From Gammaproteobacteria bacterium (GTDB lineage: Bacteria > Pseudomonadota > Gammaproteobacteria > Eutrophobiales > Eutrophobiaceae): a stretch of DNA of 64,000 nucleotides. The stretch is from assembly GCA_963422205.2 (NCBI GenBank), contig CAXMWX010000007.1:1-64000 (forward strand), read 5' to 3'. The notes beneath the pieces were generated by a model. That model searched no databases. It saw nothing but the letters and a program-made list of their open reading frames with translations, and had not been told where the DNA came from. This document shows positions 23,863 through 34,915 of the stretch, piece after piece (within the stretch, counting starts at the first letter, position 1; each line of letters starts with the position of its first letter). Position numbers and translations under genes: made by a program.

Positions 23863-24657
23863 ATGTGTTTTTATGCACGTTTAATTCGCAGGGCCGGAAT
23901 CACCGACTCCGACCATGTGCTTGCAGTTTGCGCTGGCGAATTTGACCGGGCAATCCTTGAGTCCGCAGGCGTGAAAAACGCGACTATTTCGAATCTCACC
24001 CCCCACCCCCCGGAGCAAGACACCTGTTCGCCCTATCGCTGGCAATCACTGGATGCTGAATTGATTGCATTAGATGCCTTGAGTGTCGATTGGGTTTGTG
24101 TTCATGCCGGCTTGCATCATTGTGCATCACCACACAAGGCGCTTTGTGAGATGCTTCGAGTGGCTCGAAAGGGGGTTTTGGTTGTCGAAGCGCGCGACAG
24201 TTTTCTTATGAGGCTGGGAGTGCGGCTGGGAATCGCTGTTGATTTTGAATTAGAGCCTGCGGCGTTGTCGAACGGTTATTCTGGTGGCTATCGCAATACT
24301 GGATTACCAAATTATATCTATCGCTGGACTGAACGGGAAGTAGAAAAAACCGTTTACTCATTCGACCCAAGCGAGGAGTTTACCCTATCTTATGACTACG
24401 GATATCGCATTCCAGATGGCCGCATTGAAATGACCAGGAGTTGGGTGAAACGAGTGGCTATGCGTTTAGGATTTTTTGCCGTTGCTATCTTAAAACACCT
24501 GATGCCAAGGCAAGGAAATCAATTTGGCTTTATATGCAAACGCACTGGAAAATTACGACCGTGGGTTCGCATGAGTGAAACCGGGCCAACCGCAGATATG
24601 GAATATATTTCCCTGCATTTGAAATCCGGGATGCCCAAGGCATGGACAAAGAGGTAA
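23863..24657 (+). CDS. Class I SAM-dependent methyltransferase
   Basis: VLAVCAG, DAE.I, GLHHCASPHKALCEMLRV. Confidence 0.7.
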   Translation: MCFYARLIRRAGITDSDHVLAVCAGEFDRAILESAGVKNATISNLTPHPPEQDTCSPYRWQSLDAELIALDALSVDWVCVHAGLHHCASPHKALCEMLRVARKGVLVVEARDSFLMRLGVRLGIAVDFELEPAALSNGYSGGYRNTGLPNYIYRWTEREVEKTVYSFDPSEEFTLSYDYGYRIPDGRIEMTRSWVKRVAMRLGFFAVAILKHLMPRQGNQFGFICKRTGKLRPWVRMSETGPTADMEYISLHLKSGMPKAWTKR

Positions 24658-24793
24658 AACGGAAGGCGTAAACCTAACAGGGCCGGTGCGGGTATTTTTG
24701 AATACCAGGCATGGATAGAGACATATCCCGGCAGGATGACTGGGATCAGTTAAGGCTCCGGTCAACTCGGGCTGAAAAACAGGCCGGTAATCC

Positions 24794-25528
24794 TTACAAC
24801 GCCAAAGCGCCCAGGCTGGCGCCCCCGCAGATATACCAGGTCTGGCCGGTGATAAAATCACTCTCATCCTCACACAGAAAGGTCACCACCCGCCCAATGT
24901 CCGCCGCCGTTCCCAGACGCTTGACCGGCACGCTCCCGGCGATTTTCTGCTGCTGCTCGCTGTCCTCCGGCACAAGCTCATGGAACATCTCGGTGATGAT
25001 CGGCCCGGGGGCAACACAGTTCACAGTGATATGATCTTTCGCCAGCTCCAGCGCCCAAGTTCTGACCATCCCTATCTGGCCGGCCTTGGTCGCCGCATAG
25101 TTCGTGCGTGTGCTTAAACCCAGCACGCCACGGGAGGAGATCAACACGATACGGCCAAACTGGCGCTGGCGCATCTGCGGAATAAATGCCTGTGCCAGCG
25201 TGATGGCGCTGCCGAGGTGCAGCTCGGTCAGATAATCCAAATCATCCAGTTGCACATCTTCCAGCAGGGCCGGCCTGATCACCCCGGCATTATGAATAAA
25301 ATGCGTGACCCGGTGAGCAGCGGCAATTTCCCCGGCCAGCTCCGCCGTCTGCTGGCGGTCGGCCAGGTCGCCAGGATAGCTCACCAGATTCCGATGCTGA
25401 TATGCGGGCGCCTGCCTGGAAATATTTACGACATGCGCCCCCGCCGCAAGAAAACGCCGACTGATATCGGCACCGATACCCCGATTACCGCCTGTCACCA
25501 CCACGGTATGCGCCCGCTCACTCATCAC
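24794..25528 (-). CDS. SDR oxidoreductase
   Basis: TGGNRGIG, HNAG, YAATK, VNCVAPG. Confidence 0.92.
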   Translation of the reverse strand: MMSERAHTVVVTGGNRGIGADISRRFLAAGAHVVNISRQAPAYQHRNLVSYPGDLADRQQTAELAGEIAAAHRVTHFIHNAGVIRPALLEDVQLDDLDYLTELHLGSAITLAQAFIPQMRQRQFGRIVLISSRGVLGLSTRTNYAATKAGQIGMVRTWALELAKDHITVNCVAPGPIITEMFHELVPEDSEQQQKIAGSVPVKRLGTAADIGRVVTFLCEDESDFITGQTWYICGGASLGALAL

Positions 25529-25531
25529 TGT

Positions 25532-25975
25532 TCACCCTTCTGTCAACGCCGTTATTCTCTCATATTCTGTAGCAGGCACACCCGCCACCGTGGTGGCAAC
25601 AAACACCACCTCATCATTGCTGTCGATCACCGGATGCACGTACACTCTGGTGCCCGTCTGGAGACAGCGCTCACTGACAAACGCATACAACACCACGCCA
25701 CAATCCAGCCGGATGTTCGCGACATGCCAGGGGGCATGTTCACGAAAAAACGCCTGTGTGCTGGCATGGACACGGCTCCAGGCCATGACCACACCCTCAG
25801 CACACACCGGCTGCCAGGTCAGCTTGTCAGACAGGCACTGCCGACAATTATCCCGGGGCGGGTACTGCACCGCCTGACACGGTTCACAGACTTGCAGGCA
25901 AAGCCCGCCGCCCGCCGCCCCCTGCCTGATGTGCTGCCAATGGCCACTGCGTTGCCAGCGTACAAGCCTGCTCAT
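25532..25975 (-). CDS. DUF35-type Zn-ribbon/OB-fold protein (thiolase partner)
   Basis: LQVCEPC...YPPRDNCRQC followed by an OB fold; overlaps the thiolase stop codon. Confidence 0.8.
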   Translation of the reverse strand: MSRLVRWQRSGHWQHIRQGAAGGGLCLQVCEPCQAVQYPPRDNCRQCLSDKLTWQPVCAEGVVMAWSRVHASTQAFFREHAPWHVANIRLDCGVVLYAFVSERCLQTGTRVYVHPVIDSNDEVVFVATTVAGVPATEYERITALTEG

Positions 25976-27147
25976 GACTGCCCTGGCTGCGATAAAATAA
26001 CCGCACTGCTGCACAGGCAGCGATCATAGTTCACCATACCATAACCGCTCACCAGGCCACGGGTTGCACCCGCCACCCGGTTGGGCAGATCAGGCTCAAG
26101 CAACTGTCGCAATGCCTCCACCGTGCCGAGAAAACCGCCCGCCGCCCCCGCCTGCCCGGCTGAGAGCTGGCCGCCGCTGGTGTTATGTGGCAGCCCGTCA
26201 CCACACCAGAGCAGCGCTGTCTCTTTCACAAACTCCGCCCCCCTGCCCGCCTCACAAAAGCCGAGATTCTCCATCTGCATCAGGGAAATCACCGGATAAT
26301 CATCGTAGGTCTGCAAAAAATCCATCTCCCCCGGGCCTACCCCGGCCATCTGATACAGGCTGTCCTGATAGGCCAGCCAACCCCCACGAACAGGCAGCGG
26401 ATCATCACAGAAGGCATTGTGATTCTCAGCCGCGGCGAGGATCTCCGCATAAGGCAGTTGCAAGGCACGGGCGTGCGCTATCGACATCACCAGAAAACCC
26501 TCCGCACCGGCAACCGGCATGACGCAATCAAACAGATGCAGCGGCTCGGCAATCGGCCGGGCATTAAGATAGGCATCCATCGTCAGCGGCTCGGGAAACA
26601 GCGACATGCCCGCCGCCAGGGCATTGGTACGCTGGGCGAGGCAAAGCCGGCCGAAATCCGCCCGGACAGCGCCGTATTGCTCCATGTAATGCTGCGTGAT
26701 CATGGCGAAGACCAGGTTCGGCCCGGCGGCGGCACAGGGATAAACTGCCTCCGCTGAGAACCGGCTGAAGTTGGCAATCAGCTGAGCAAAGCTGTGTGCA
26801 TCGGCGGTATCGGCACCGATACAGGCGATCACCTCAGCATCACCGGCCTGTATCGCCCGTGCCGCCCGCTTGACGGCCACCGGCCCGCTGGCACCGCCCA
26901 TGGGCAACTGCTCCAGCCAGTTTGCCGTGAGGGAGAAATACTCAGTCAATGAGACCACGGTATCCGGCGCCAGCGTGAAGCTGGCGATCAACAGACCATC
27001 GACATCGGCTTTCGCCAGCCCGCTTTGCTGTAACAGGCTATGCAGGGCAGCAGCAGCAAAATAGGCCGCCGACTTATCGCTTCGCCGGCGGTAAGGCAGA
27101 TGCACCGGCGCCACTACGGCCACGCCCTCGTAGGCTTGTGCCGCCAT
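25972..27147 (-). CDS. Thiolase-family (SCP2-type) protein
   Basis: YDDYP, NTSGGQLSAG, and GGASG in place of the catalytic Cys. Confidence 0.85.
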   Translation of the reverse strand: MAAQAYEGVAVVAPVHLPYRRRSDKSAAYFAAAALHSLLQQSGLAKADVDGLLIASFTLAPDTVVSLTEYFSLTANWLEQLPMGGASGPVAVKRAARAIQAGDAEVIACIGADTADAHSFAQLIANFSRFSAEAVYPCAAAGPNLVFAMITQHYMEQYGAVRADFGRLCLAQRTNALAAGMSLFPEPLTMDAYLNARPIAEPLHLFDCVMPVAGAEGFLVMSIAHARALQLPYAEILAAAENHNAFCDDPLPVRGGWLAYQDSLYQMAGVGPGEMDFLQTYDDYPVISLMQMENLGFCEAGRGAEFVKETALLWCGDGLPHNTSGGQLSAGQAGAAGGFLGTVEALRQLLEPDLPNRVAGATRGLVSGYGMVNYDRCLCSSAVILSQPGQS

Positions 27148-28788
27148 CAGTATGATCGGTAAGACCGGCGTTTGCGCGCCCGCCGGTCGATGGCCTGCTG
27201 CCGGTCAACCAGCACCGCCAGTTGTTGTTTGACTTCGCCGCGGCGTATTTTTTGCGAGGCCGTCATCGGCAAGTCCTCAACAAAGCAATAGTAAGCGGGC
27301 AGCTTGTAGTAGATTAATTGCCGGGCGCAAAAGTCAAACAACTCAGAGGCAAGCTCCTCCCCGCCAATGAAACGGGCAGCGAGGATAATACAGGCGCCCA
27401 CCTCCTCGCCACGCAAGCCGGTCATAGACCGGCACCACCACGCAGTTAGCCACCGCCGGGTGTTGCAAAAGCACGTTCTCCACCTCGGTGGCGGCAATGT
27501 TCTCGCCGCTTCGGCGGATAATGTTCTTACGCCGATCAACAAAATAAAAAAAGCCGTTTGCATCAACGTACACCACATCGCCCGTGTGGAAATAACCGCC
27601 CTCCCAAGCAGCTTGGGTCGCCGCCTTGTCCTTGTAGTAGCCGGAGAAAAACCCGCGGCGCGGCACATCGCCCGCCATCCTGATCAGCAATTCGCCCGCT
27701 GTGCCCGCCGGCGCATCCTCACCTGTCTCATCCACCAGCCGGTATTCAATCGCATTCAGCGGCCTGCCGATGCAGCGCTGGCCGACATGTCGCGGCTCCT
27801 GATGCGCTGAGATGCACACGCCAGCGCCAGTCTCGGTCATCGCCCAGGCCTCTATCAGCGGGAAGCCAAAGCGTGCCTCAAACGCGGCCTGATGTTTGGG
27901 ATCGATACCGGCACCCAGGCCGAATCTGATCTGTGCGCCCACATCATCGGCGGGCGTCTCTGGCAGGGTCAGCAGAATGGCCGGCATCACCCCCAGATAA
28001 TGCAGACAGGTCGCCCTCGATTCCCGCACTGTCTCCCACCAAGTGCCAGCATGAAATCGATCCAGTTGTATGATGCAGCCGGCGCTCATGATCATGGCCA
28101 TGGTCGAACAGCACAGGGCATTCATGTGTACCAGAGGCAAAGGGGTTAAGAGCCGCTCCCGGCCGTAGTCCAGCGTACAATACCCGCCGAGGCGCAAGTA
28201 CCACTCGCCCATGCCGATGAAGTACGCATTCGACAGCAGGCAGCCCTTGGGTTTGCCGGTGGTGCCGGAGGTATAGAGCAAGGTGGCCTCATCGCCGATG
28301 CCAACGGCCTCATCCGCAGCGGGCGGCGGGGTTTCTGCCAGCTCACACAGGCTGTCTGTGATTAACGCCGGAACGCCGGCATCGGGCCGTTCCAGCGCCG
28401 CCGTCACGGCCTCCCGGTGGGCCGGCAGGGTCACCACCAGCGCACAATCGCTGTGCGTGATCACATAGGCCATCTCCTCAGCAAGCAAGGCGGAATTGAC
28501 CGGCACCACGCTGATCCGAAGCGCATTCAAGGCCAGAAAGTGCAGAAAAAATTCAGCCCGGTTATCCAGCACCAGCGCCACCCGCTGACCGCCGCCGTAG
28601 CCGGCCTGCTGGTAGGCCAGGCGCAAGGCATCTACAGCCGCCAGTGCCTCGCCATAGGTATACTCAACGGCCGTATTGGCATACCCCTGAACATAGGCCC
28701 GGGTTGCCTGGGGCGGGATATGCAGAAAGGCATGATCCGGGCACTCGGCAGCGGTCTCACAAAATGCGGCGTAAACCGTTCTGCCCAT
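27147..28788 (-). pseudogene. Acyl-CoA ligase (CaiC-like), frameshifted near 27420
   Basis: YTSGTTGKPKG, WAMTE, HTGD, RRSGENI; the C-terminus (RGEEV...LPMTASQKI) is in another frame. Confidence 0.85.
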
Positions 28789-28804
28789 CAGTCACCCCCA
28801 TAAA

Positions 28805-30434
28805 TCAACCGGCTTGTGATTGCCATAATTGCTTTGCAAACAAACGGCGCTCGCGCACCGCTGCCTGGCTGTGATCGGTGACGGAGAAGGCCCAGGCCGA
28901 GATAAAGGCCGCGCTCATTGAGAACACAGTCGGGTACGCATAAGGGAATATCGCCTCTTCAAAGCCGATCACCTTCACCCAGACAACCGGGCTGATGATA
29001 ATCAGCACAACCGACATGAACAGACCGACATACCCGCCTGCCAGGGCGCCCCGGCTTGTCAGCCCCGGCCAGTACATTGTCAACACCAGCACGGGGAAAA
29101 TTGGCACTGGCCGCAATCGACAAGGGCAGGGTCGCCAGCACGCCGACATTCTCCCCCTCAAAGACGATGGCCAGGAGCACAGCCGCCATGCCCAGCAGCA
29201 CCACAGTCAGCCGTGACAGGTTTAACTCCTCTTGCTCACTACAGCGCCCCTGACGTAACACGTTGGCAAATACATCATGCGAGACAGTCGCGGCGGCAGA
29301 GAGGGTCAGGCCGGAAACAACCGCCAGGATGGTGGCAAATGCCACGGCTGAGATAAATCCTAAGAAAATATCGCCGCCGATGATCTGCGAGAGATGAATG
29401 GCGGCCATGTTACTGCCGCCAGCGAGCGACAAGCCGCCCTCGGTAAACAACGGATGACCGACCAGAAAACAGATAGCCCCCAGGCCGATAACGCACACCA
29501 GCAGTTGAAAATAGCTGATCAGCATCAGCGCAACCACAGCGGAGCGGCGCGCCTGTTTTGCATCCGGGACGGTAAAGAAACGCATCAGCACGTGCGGCAA
29601 TCCGGCCGTGCCGCCGATAAAAGCGAGACTCAACGAGACCACAGACAGGATGTCCGGGTACAGCCCGCCGGGCTGCATGATCGCCTCGCCCTCTGGATGG
29701 CGGGCAACCGCCTCCTGTGCCAGCCCAATCAGCGAGAAATCAAGATGATACAACACCCCGAATGCCAGCATCGTGCCGCCACCCAGCAACATAACGGCCT
29801 TGATGATCTGTATCCAGGTCGTCGCTATCATCCCGCCGAAGGAGACATAAATCGTCATCAGCAGACCCACGGTAATGACCCCCTGTGCGTAGCTGAGCGG
29901 AAACAGGGCCTCCACCAGCGTCCCGGCGGCCACCATTTGTGCAAGCAGATAAGGCACGGCCACCGCCAGGGTGCCGCAGGCCGCCAGGATACGCAGCGGC
30001 CGGGGATTGAAGCGGTGTGTGATCACATCAGCAAACGTATACGAGCCGAGGTTACGCAGGCGCTCGGCAATCAGCAGCAAGACCACCGCCCAGCTCATCA
30101 CCAGGCTGACAAGAAAATACAGGGCATCATAGCCGGCCATGAACAGCAGCCCCACCATGCCCAGCAAGGATGCCGCTGACATATAATCCCCGGCGATAGC
30201 CACCCCGTTCTGAAAGCCCCCCAAGGAGCGGCCAGCGGCATAGAAATCAGCCCTGGAGCGGGTGCGGAGCGCCGCCCATGTCGTGATCAGCAAGGTGGCG
30301 ATGAGAGAAACAGCAGGAACGTGACGATGGCGGCGTAATTCGGTTGTTCAGCACCGTTGTCCGCTAAAATCGCTGCCGGGAAAAAACACCCCGGCGGGCA
30401 GTGCGACCAGATATAACAAGGAAGGTCTCACCAT
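28805..30434 (-). pseudogene. Sodium:solute symporter (ActP-like), frameshifts near 30385, 30305 and 29097
   Basis: FYAAGRS, NGVAIAGDYMSAAS, GTAGLPHVLMRFF, AVAFATILAVV; both termini lie in other frames. Confidence 0.85.
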
Positions 30435-30435
30435 T

Positions 30436-30727
30436 TCAGGTGCGCTGTTCGCCCTCGGCGTCCTCATCGGCCTTGTTCAGGCGATAGACATAATAGGCCG
30501 CCGCTGAAACGACAGCCGCTATGATGCCCAGTGCGAATATGACCCCCAGAGAATAGACCGCCCCCGGATAGACTTCACGCCCCATGATGGCCGGCATGTA
30601 GACTGACAAAAAGTCAAACGCAAACAAGGCAACAAGCAGGCCGGCCAGCAACAACGCCGCCAGCCGGGTTGAGGTTTTTTTTGTTATCCTGGCGGGCGGC
30701 TGAGGCCATCGCCTGCTGTTCGCTCAT
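30436..30727 (-). CDS. DUF485-like small membrane partner of the symporter (probable frameshift near 30695)
   Basis: Two TM helices ending YVYRLN, directly upstream of the ActP-like gene; the ATG at 30727 is out of frame with the body. Confidence 0.65.
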
Positions 30728-30750
30728 CGGCGGCATCGCATCTGCCCGGC

Positions 30751-31260
30751 CTATAAATACAGCAGGATGTTAGTCATCGCCGCATCACAGTTGATGAGAT
30801 CGACCCGCTTGTGCAGGATACGATAACCTGCATCGGTCGGTTTCAGTTTGTGGGTATAGGTCCCGCCGAAGACATCCTGCACCTCCCGCCGGTATTGCAG
30901 CATGATGAATTTTGAATAGACCTGCAAGGCACCGGCCTCATCCACCCCATCGAACATGACATTGCTGATGATATGGCTGCAACGGGGCGCAGGCTGCAAT
31001 GAAAACGCATTCGGGTGGCGGAAGCGCTTGATCCTGACCGCCCGCAACAGGCCGGTTTCGTATATCAGGGACAGGTGGTTTTGCGGATCAGGCTGGGCCG
31101 GGCTGGCCGGTACCCAGTACTCGCCATCATCGCCGTACAATGCCTGCCACTCATCCCAGCGCTGCTCATCCAGCAAGCGCGCCTCGTGGTACAAGAACTG
31201 CGCCAGCCCCCCCGCATCCACCTGCCCTGCCGCCTCGATGGCATCCACGGCGGCACTCAT
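30751..31260 (-). CDS. Ring-hydroxylating oxygenase beta subunit
   Basis: FLYHEARLLDEQRWDEW...YWVP...KRVDLINCD. Confidence 0.92.
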   Translation of the reverse strand: MSAAVDAIEAAGQVDAGGLAQFLYHEARLLDEQRWDEWQALYGDDGEYWVPASPAQPDPQNHLSLIYETGLLRAVRIKRFRHPNAFSLQPAPRCSHIISNVMFDGVDEAGALQVYSKFIMLQYRREVQDVFGGTYTHKLKPTDAGYRILHKRVDLINCDAAMTNILLYL

Positions 31261-32579
31261 GCCGGTGTGCCGGTGTTGAGCATATAATTTTTCCAGGCCT
31301 GGAATTGATGGCGAAAGACCATGTCACTGGTGCCGGTGGCTTGTTTCACCCCATCTGTGATGACATCGGCGTTGAGATAGCGGTGCTGGCTGACCCATTC
31401 ATTTTGATCTGTCACATTCAACCCCTGCTGCATCCGGTGATAGGCTTCCCAGTCATCCGGGCCAACCAGATTCGCCTGTGAGTTAATGAGATTGCAATAG
31501 GTGATCGAGCGCTGGAACAGCTCCTCAGGCGCCCCAAGCTGTCTGAACACCCAGGATTCAATCACCGTCTTGTCCACCGCCAGCGGCTTGACCACGCGCA
31601 CGGAGGTGATCGCCCCTTTCAGAGTAAAGCCGGGGTAGACCACGGTATTGTGCCGGTTGACCGACAGGATCTGCCTGGCCTTCTCTTCGCCATAGCGCGC
31701 TATCAACGCCTCTGCATAGCCGGGAATGGGGGAGTAGGCGGAATGGATACTGACCTCGCCGCCGGTCACACTGTGGCCATACTGCCAGGCGGTCAAGCCC
31801 ATGGCTTCAAAAAAATCATAATCACTGGTGAACGGTGCCAGCATTTCCAATTCAAACGGCACCGCATCCTGCTTGTCCGTAAACCGATCCTCAAACACCC
31901 GCTTCGCCGTGCCACTGGAGGACTGATGCACCACCATCGGATGCATCGCATCATTGAGGTTCTCCACGAACATCTTCCAGTTGCTGTCGTGCAGGTAACG
32001 AAAGCAGCCGCCCGCTATCTCAATCCGGCCCTCTGGCGAGCGCTCTACCAAATTATCAATAGAGGCTGCCGCCCCCCCAAGCCAGGTGATCAAATCCACC
32101 CCCTCGGCAGATAAACTGGCAAACACCAGCCCGTGATAGCTCGCCACCCGTGCCACTTTTTGCAGAGAATTAATGGGATGGTCTTTGTCAAACCCCGTGC
32201 CCTGATAACCCGCCTGCCCCGGCGTGTGCAGTAGCCGACCATCGGTATCATAGACCCAGCCATGGTAACAACAACGCAACTGCCTGGCATGACCACAGGT
32301 ATCACCAACCAGTTGCGCCCCCTTGTGGGCACAGCGGTTAAACAGCACGTGGATGTTACCATCGCTATGGTGCGTCATGATGACCGGCTGATTGGCGATG
32401 GTCGTGGCAAAATAATCGCCGGGATTTGGCACCTGGCTGACATGCCCCACATACAGCCAGGCACATCCCCAGATCCGCTGCATCTCCAGTTTGAATATCT
32501 CCGGGTCGGTATAGACATCTCGGTGGACAGAGTCCGACCGAATCAGTGAGGACAGATACGCATCGCTGTAGTCTTTCAC
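31257..32579 (-). CDS. Rieske ring-hydroxylating oxygenase alpha subunit
   Basis: Rieske CAH...CCYHGW; mononuclear iron motif NWK..EN..D.MHP..VH and a later DD.E. Confidence 0.93.
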   Translation of the reverse strand: MKDYSDAYLSSLIRSDSVHRDVYTDPEIFKLEMQRIWGCAWLYVGHVSQVPNPGDYFATTIANQPVIMTHHSDGNIHVLFNRCAHKGAQLVGDTCGHARQLRCCYHGWVYDTDGRLLHTPGQAGYQGTGFDKDHPINSLQKVARVASYHGLVFASLSAEGVDLITWLGGAAASIDNLVERSPEGRIEIAGGCFRYLHDSNWKMFVENLNDAMHPMVVHQSSSGTAKRVFEDRFTDKQDAVPFELEMLAPFTSDYDFFEAMGLTAWQYGHSVTGGEVSIHSAYSPIPGYAEALIARYGEEKARQILSVNRHNTVVYPGFTLKGAITSVRVVKPLAVDKTVIESWVFRQLGAPEELFQRSITYCNLINSQANLVGPDDWEAYHRMQQGLNVTDQNEWVSQHRYLNADVITDGVKQATGTSDMVFRHQFQAWKNYMLNTGTPA

Positions 32580-32766
32580 AAGGCTGCCTCCTTAACATGA
32601 AGCCAATACAGAACGGCGAAATCAACAGGCCGCCTGCAAACGCGGTAACATCGCTCGATAGTGCCTGCCAGGTCATGGTATAACAAGCCCTGCTGATAGG
32701 AAAGCCGCTTGTGCCTGACAGGCGTGCGTAAGATAATAAACGGCTTTCATTTTCAGGTAAGTCAGC

Positions 32767-34852
32767 ATGGCTAAACTCATACCGGAGTCCGTCTTTAGCA
32801 GTGGTGAAGTGACGGCAGGGGAGAAGATATCTTGAAGGGCTTTGCGAGACGGGCTGGATGATTCCGCCCGGGTTTGGTATGAGCCTCGGTTTCCGCAGGA
32901 ATACCGGCCTGATATTGTGGCCTATATTCCGGGGCTCGGATTGCTGATTTATGAGGTCAAAGACTGGAGTCTTGACAGGATTGTTCAGATCAATCCGAAC
33001 CAATGGCAGGTCAGGTGTGGTGCGTCCGTGAAAGACCAGAGATCACCCTACCAGCAGGCCAGGGAGTATTACCACAAATTAAACCCATCGCTTCAGCGGC
33101 AGACATCCCTGATCAACTCCTCTGGGCACAACAAGGGCAAGGTCAAAATCCCCATTGCGCCCGCCGTGATATTTCCCAACATCAAGAAATCCGCCTTTAT
33201 TGAAAGCGGCTATGATAAGGCGCTGGATACGGATAGGTGCCTGTTCAACGATGATCTAAAGGCCATTGCGGCGGAGGATGAGCCGAAGAGGACAAGGGAC
33301 ACACTGAAAAAGCACTTCAAGGCCTGGTGGCGGCATGATGCGTTATCAGCAGAGGAACTGGCCATCTTAAAGGACGAGTTGCATCCTGAAATCACCTCGG
33401 TGCAAAAAGACAAAGGCGGAAAAGAGAAAGTCATTATCCTTGACCCGTATGTTCTGTAAATATCCATATCAAACCTATTATTTACATTAGAATAATCATA
33501 TAAATTTATAATTTATATATATTTTATAATTTATATATATTTTATAACTCATAAATTGAGTATCAGGAACACGTGGCGCGCAAGGTCATGGACTCCGGCC
33601 ACAGCATTGTTCGGGGGGTCGCTGGCAGCGGCAAGTCGCTGGCGTTGTGTGCAAAGGCCATACTCATCACACAAGCACACCCGCCATGGAACATCCTCAT
33701 CACCTGCTACAACCTGGCCCTGGCGAGCCAACTGACCCACTACATCGAGAGTTTCCGTAACAGAGAAGGGCAAGCCTTGAGAATATAAAAATTGCTAATA
33801 TTCACGCATTGTGCCGAGATTTGTGCGCTAAATACGGCGTAGTTCGCTCACCTTACATCATCGAAAAACAGTTTCGGTCAGACCCGGCTATCGCCTCTCT
33901 TCCTGAACATGAGCAGGAAGCAAGAGTTGAGGAGGCGATGAGCGCGCTGCTGGGTCAGGATTTACAACGCATCGGAAAGGTGGCGGTCGATAAATACCAT
34001 GCGATCCTGATGGACGAAAGCCAGGATTTCCACCCCCGTTGGCTGTCCGCCCTACCGCTTCTCCTGGCTGAGGAACCGAACTTCCTGCTGCTGGCCGAGG
34101 ACCCTAAACAGAAAATCTATCCCAGAAATTTTTCCTACATCCAGGCAGGAATCCATGTACGAGGCGCGGGAGGGTGCAGAAGCCATACACTGCCGATTGG
34201 CTACCGCAGCACGCGCGAGATCATTATTCCTGCCTCCAGGCTGGTAACAAAATCCCGTTGGGATACCTTTTATCGGGACTACATTGAACAGGAGGACAAT
34301 CTGGAAGCGAAAGAAAATGCGATGCGGACAGGCCAGGCACCGACAGTCACTGTATCGGCCAGTTATTCAGCGATATGCCAGCACATTGCCAGCGACATAG
34401 CCGGCAAGCGAAAAGACGGCTATGCCTTCTCGGATATCGGCATCCTGTACCTGGTGCGGGCAACGCCGCCAGCATCGCCGCATGAATTACCGTTAAACAG
34501 CGTAAAGATTAATTATGTTGCAGGGTTGAGAGCAGCGCTGACAGCAGAAGCGATACCGTACTTCTGGCAGGCAGAAAATCAGGAGACGAAAAAAAGCGAG
34601 GATCTGCTCAGGGATGCGGTCACCATCACCACGATTTTTTCCGCCAAGGGGCTGGAATTTGAAGCCGTTTATATCGTTGGCCTGGCGTGTTTCCCCTGGC
34701 ATAAGAGGAACGAGCGAGAGAATGCCTCCATGCTGTATGTGGCGATGATGTACGCAAAATCGGCATTGTCCATGTACTCCAAGCGGGATACTGGCTATGT
34801 GAAAAAAATTCAGGCGGCCATAGAGGGTATGAAAAACATGCCCTTGGCGTAA
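32767..34852 (+). pseudogene. NERD nuclease-UvrD-like helicase fusion, disrupted
   Basis: NERD PDIV...EVKDW; Walker A GVAGSGKS; DESQD; SAKGLEFEAV; LYVAM. In-frame TGA at 32833, insertion at about 33445-33557, frameshift near 33775. Confidence 0.82.
33444..33557 (+). repeat. AT-rich dispersed element, copy A (inserted in the NERD-helicase gene)
   Basis: CCCGTATGTTCT...TATTATTTACATTAGAATAATCATATAAATTTATAA followed by (TTTATATATATTTTATAA)x2; matches 36249-36343. Confidence 0.88.
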
Positions 34853-34915
34853 GGCAGACAGCCATCACCCCGATGCCATCGGCAGCATGACAGCCAGGCA
34901 GCCTCTGAAGACCGC

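Noticed and set aside
32833-32835. In-frame TGA in the NERD gene as selenocysteine
   Set aside because: Not a redox-site context, and the gene has two further disruptions; decay or compensating indels are more likely.
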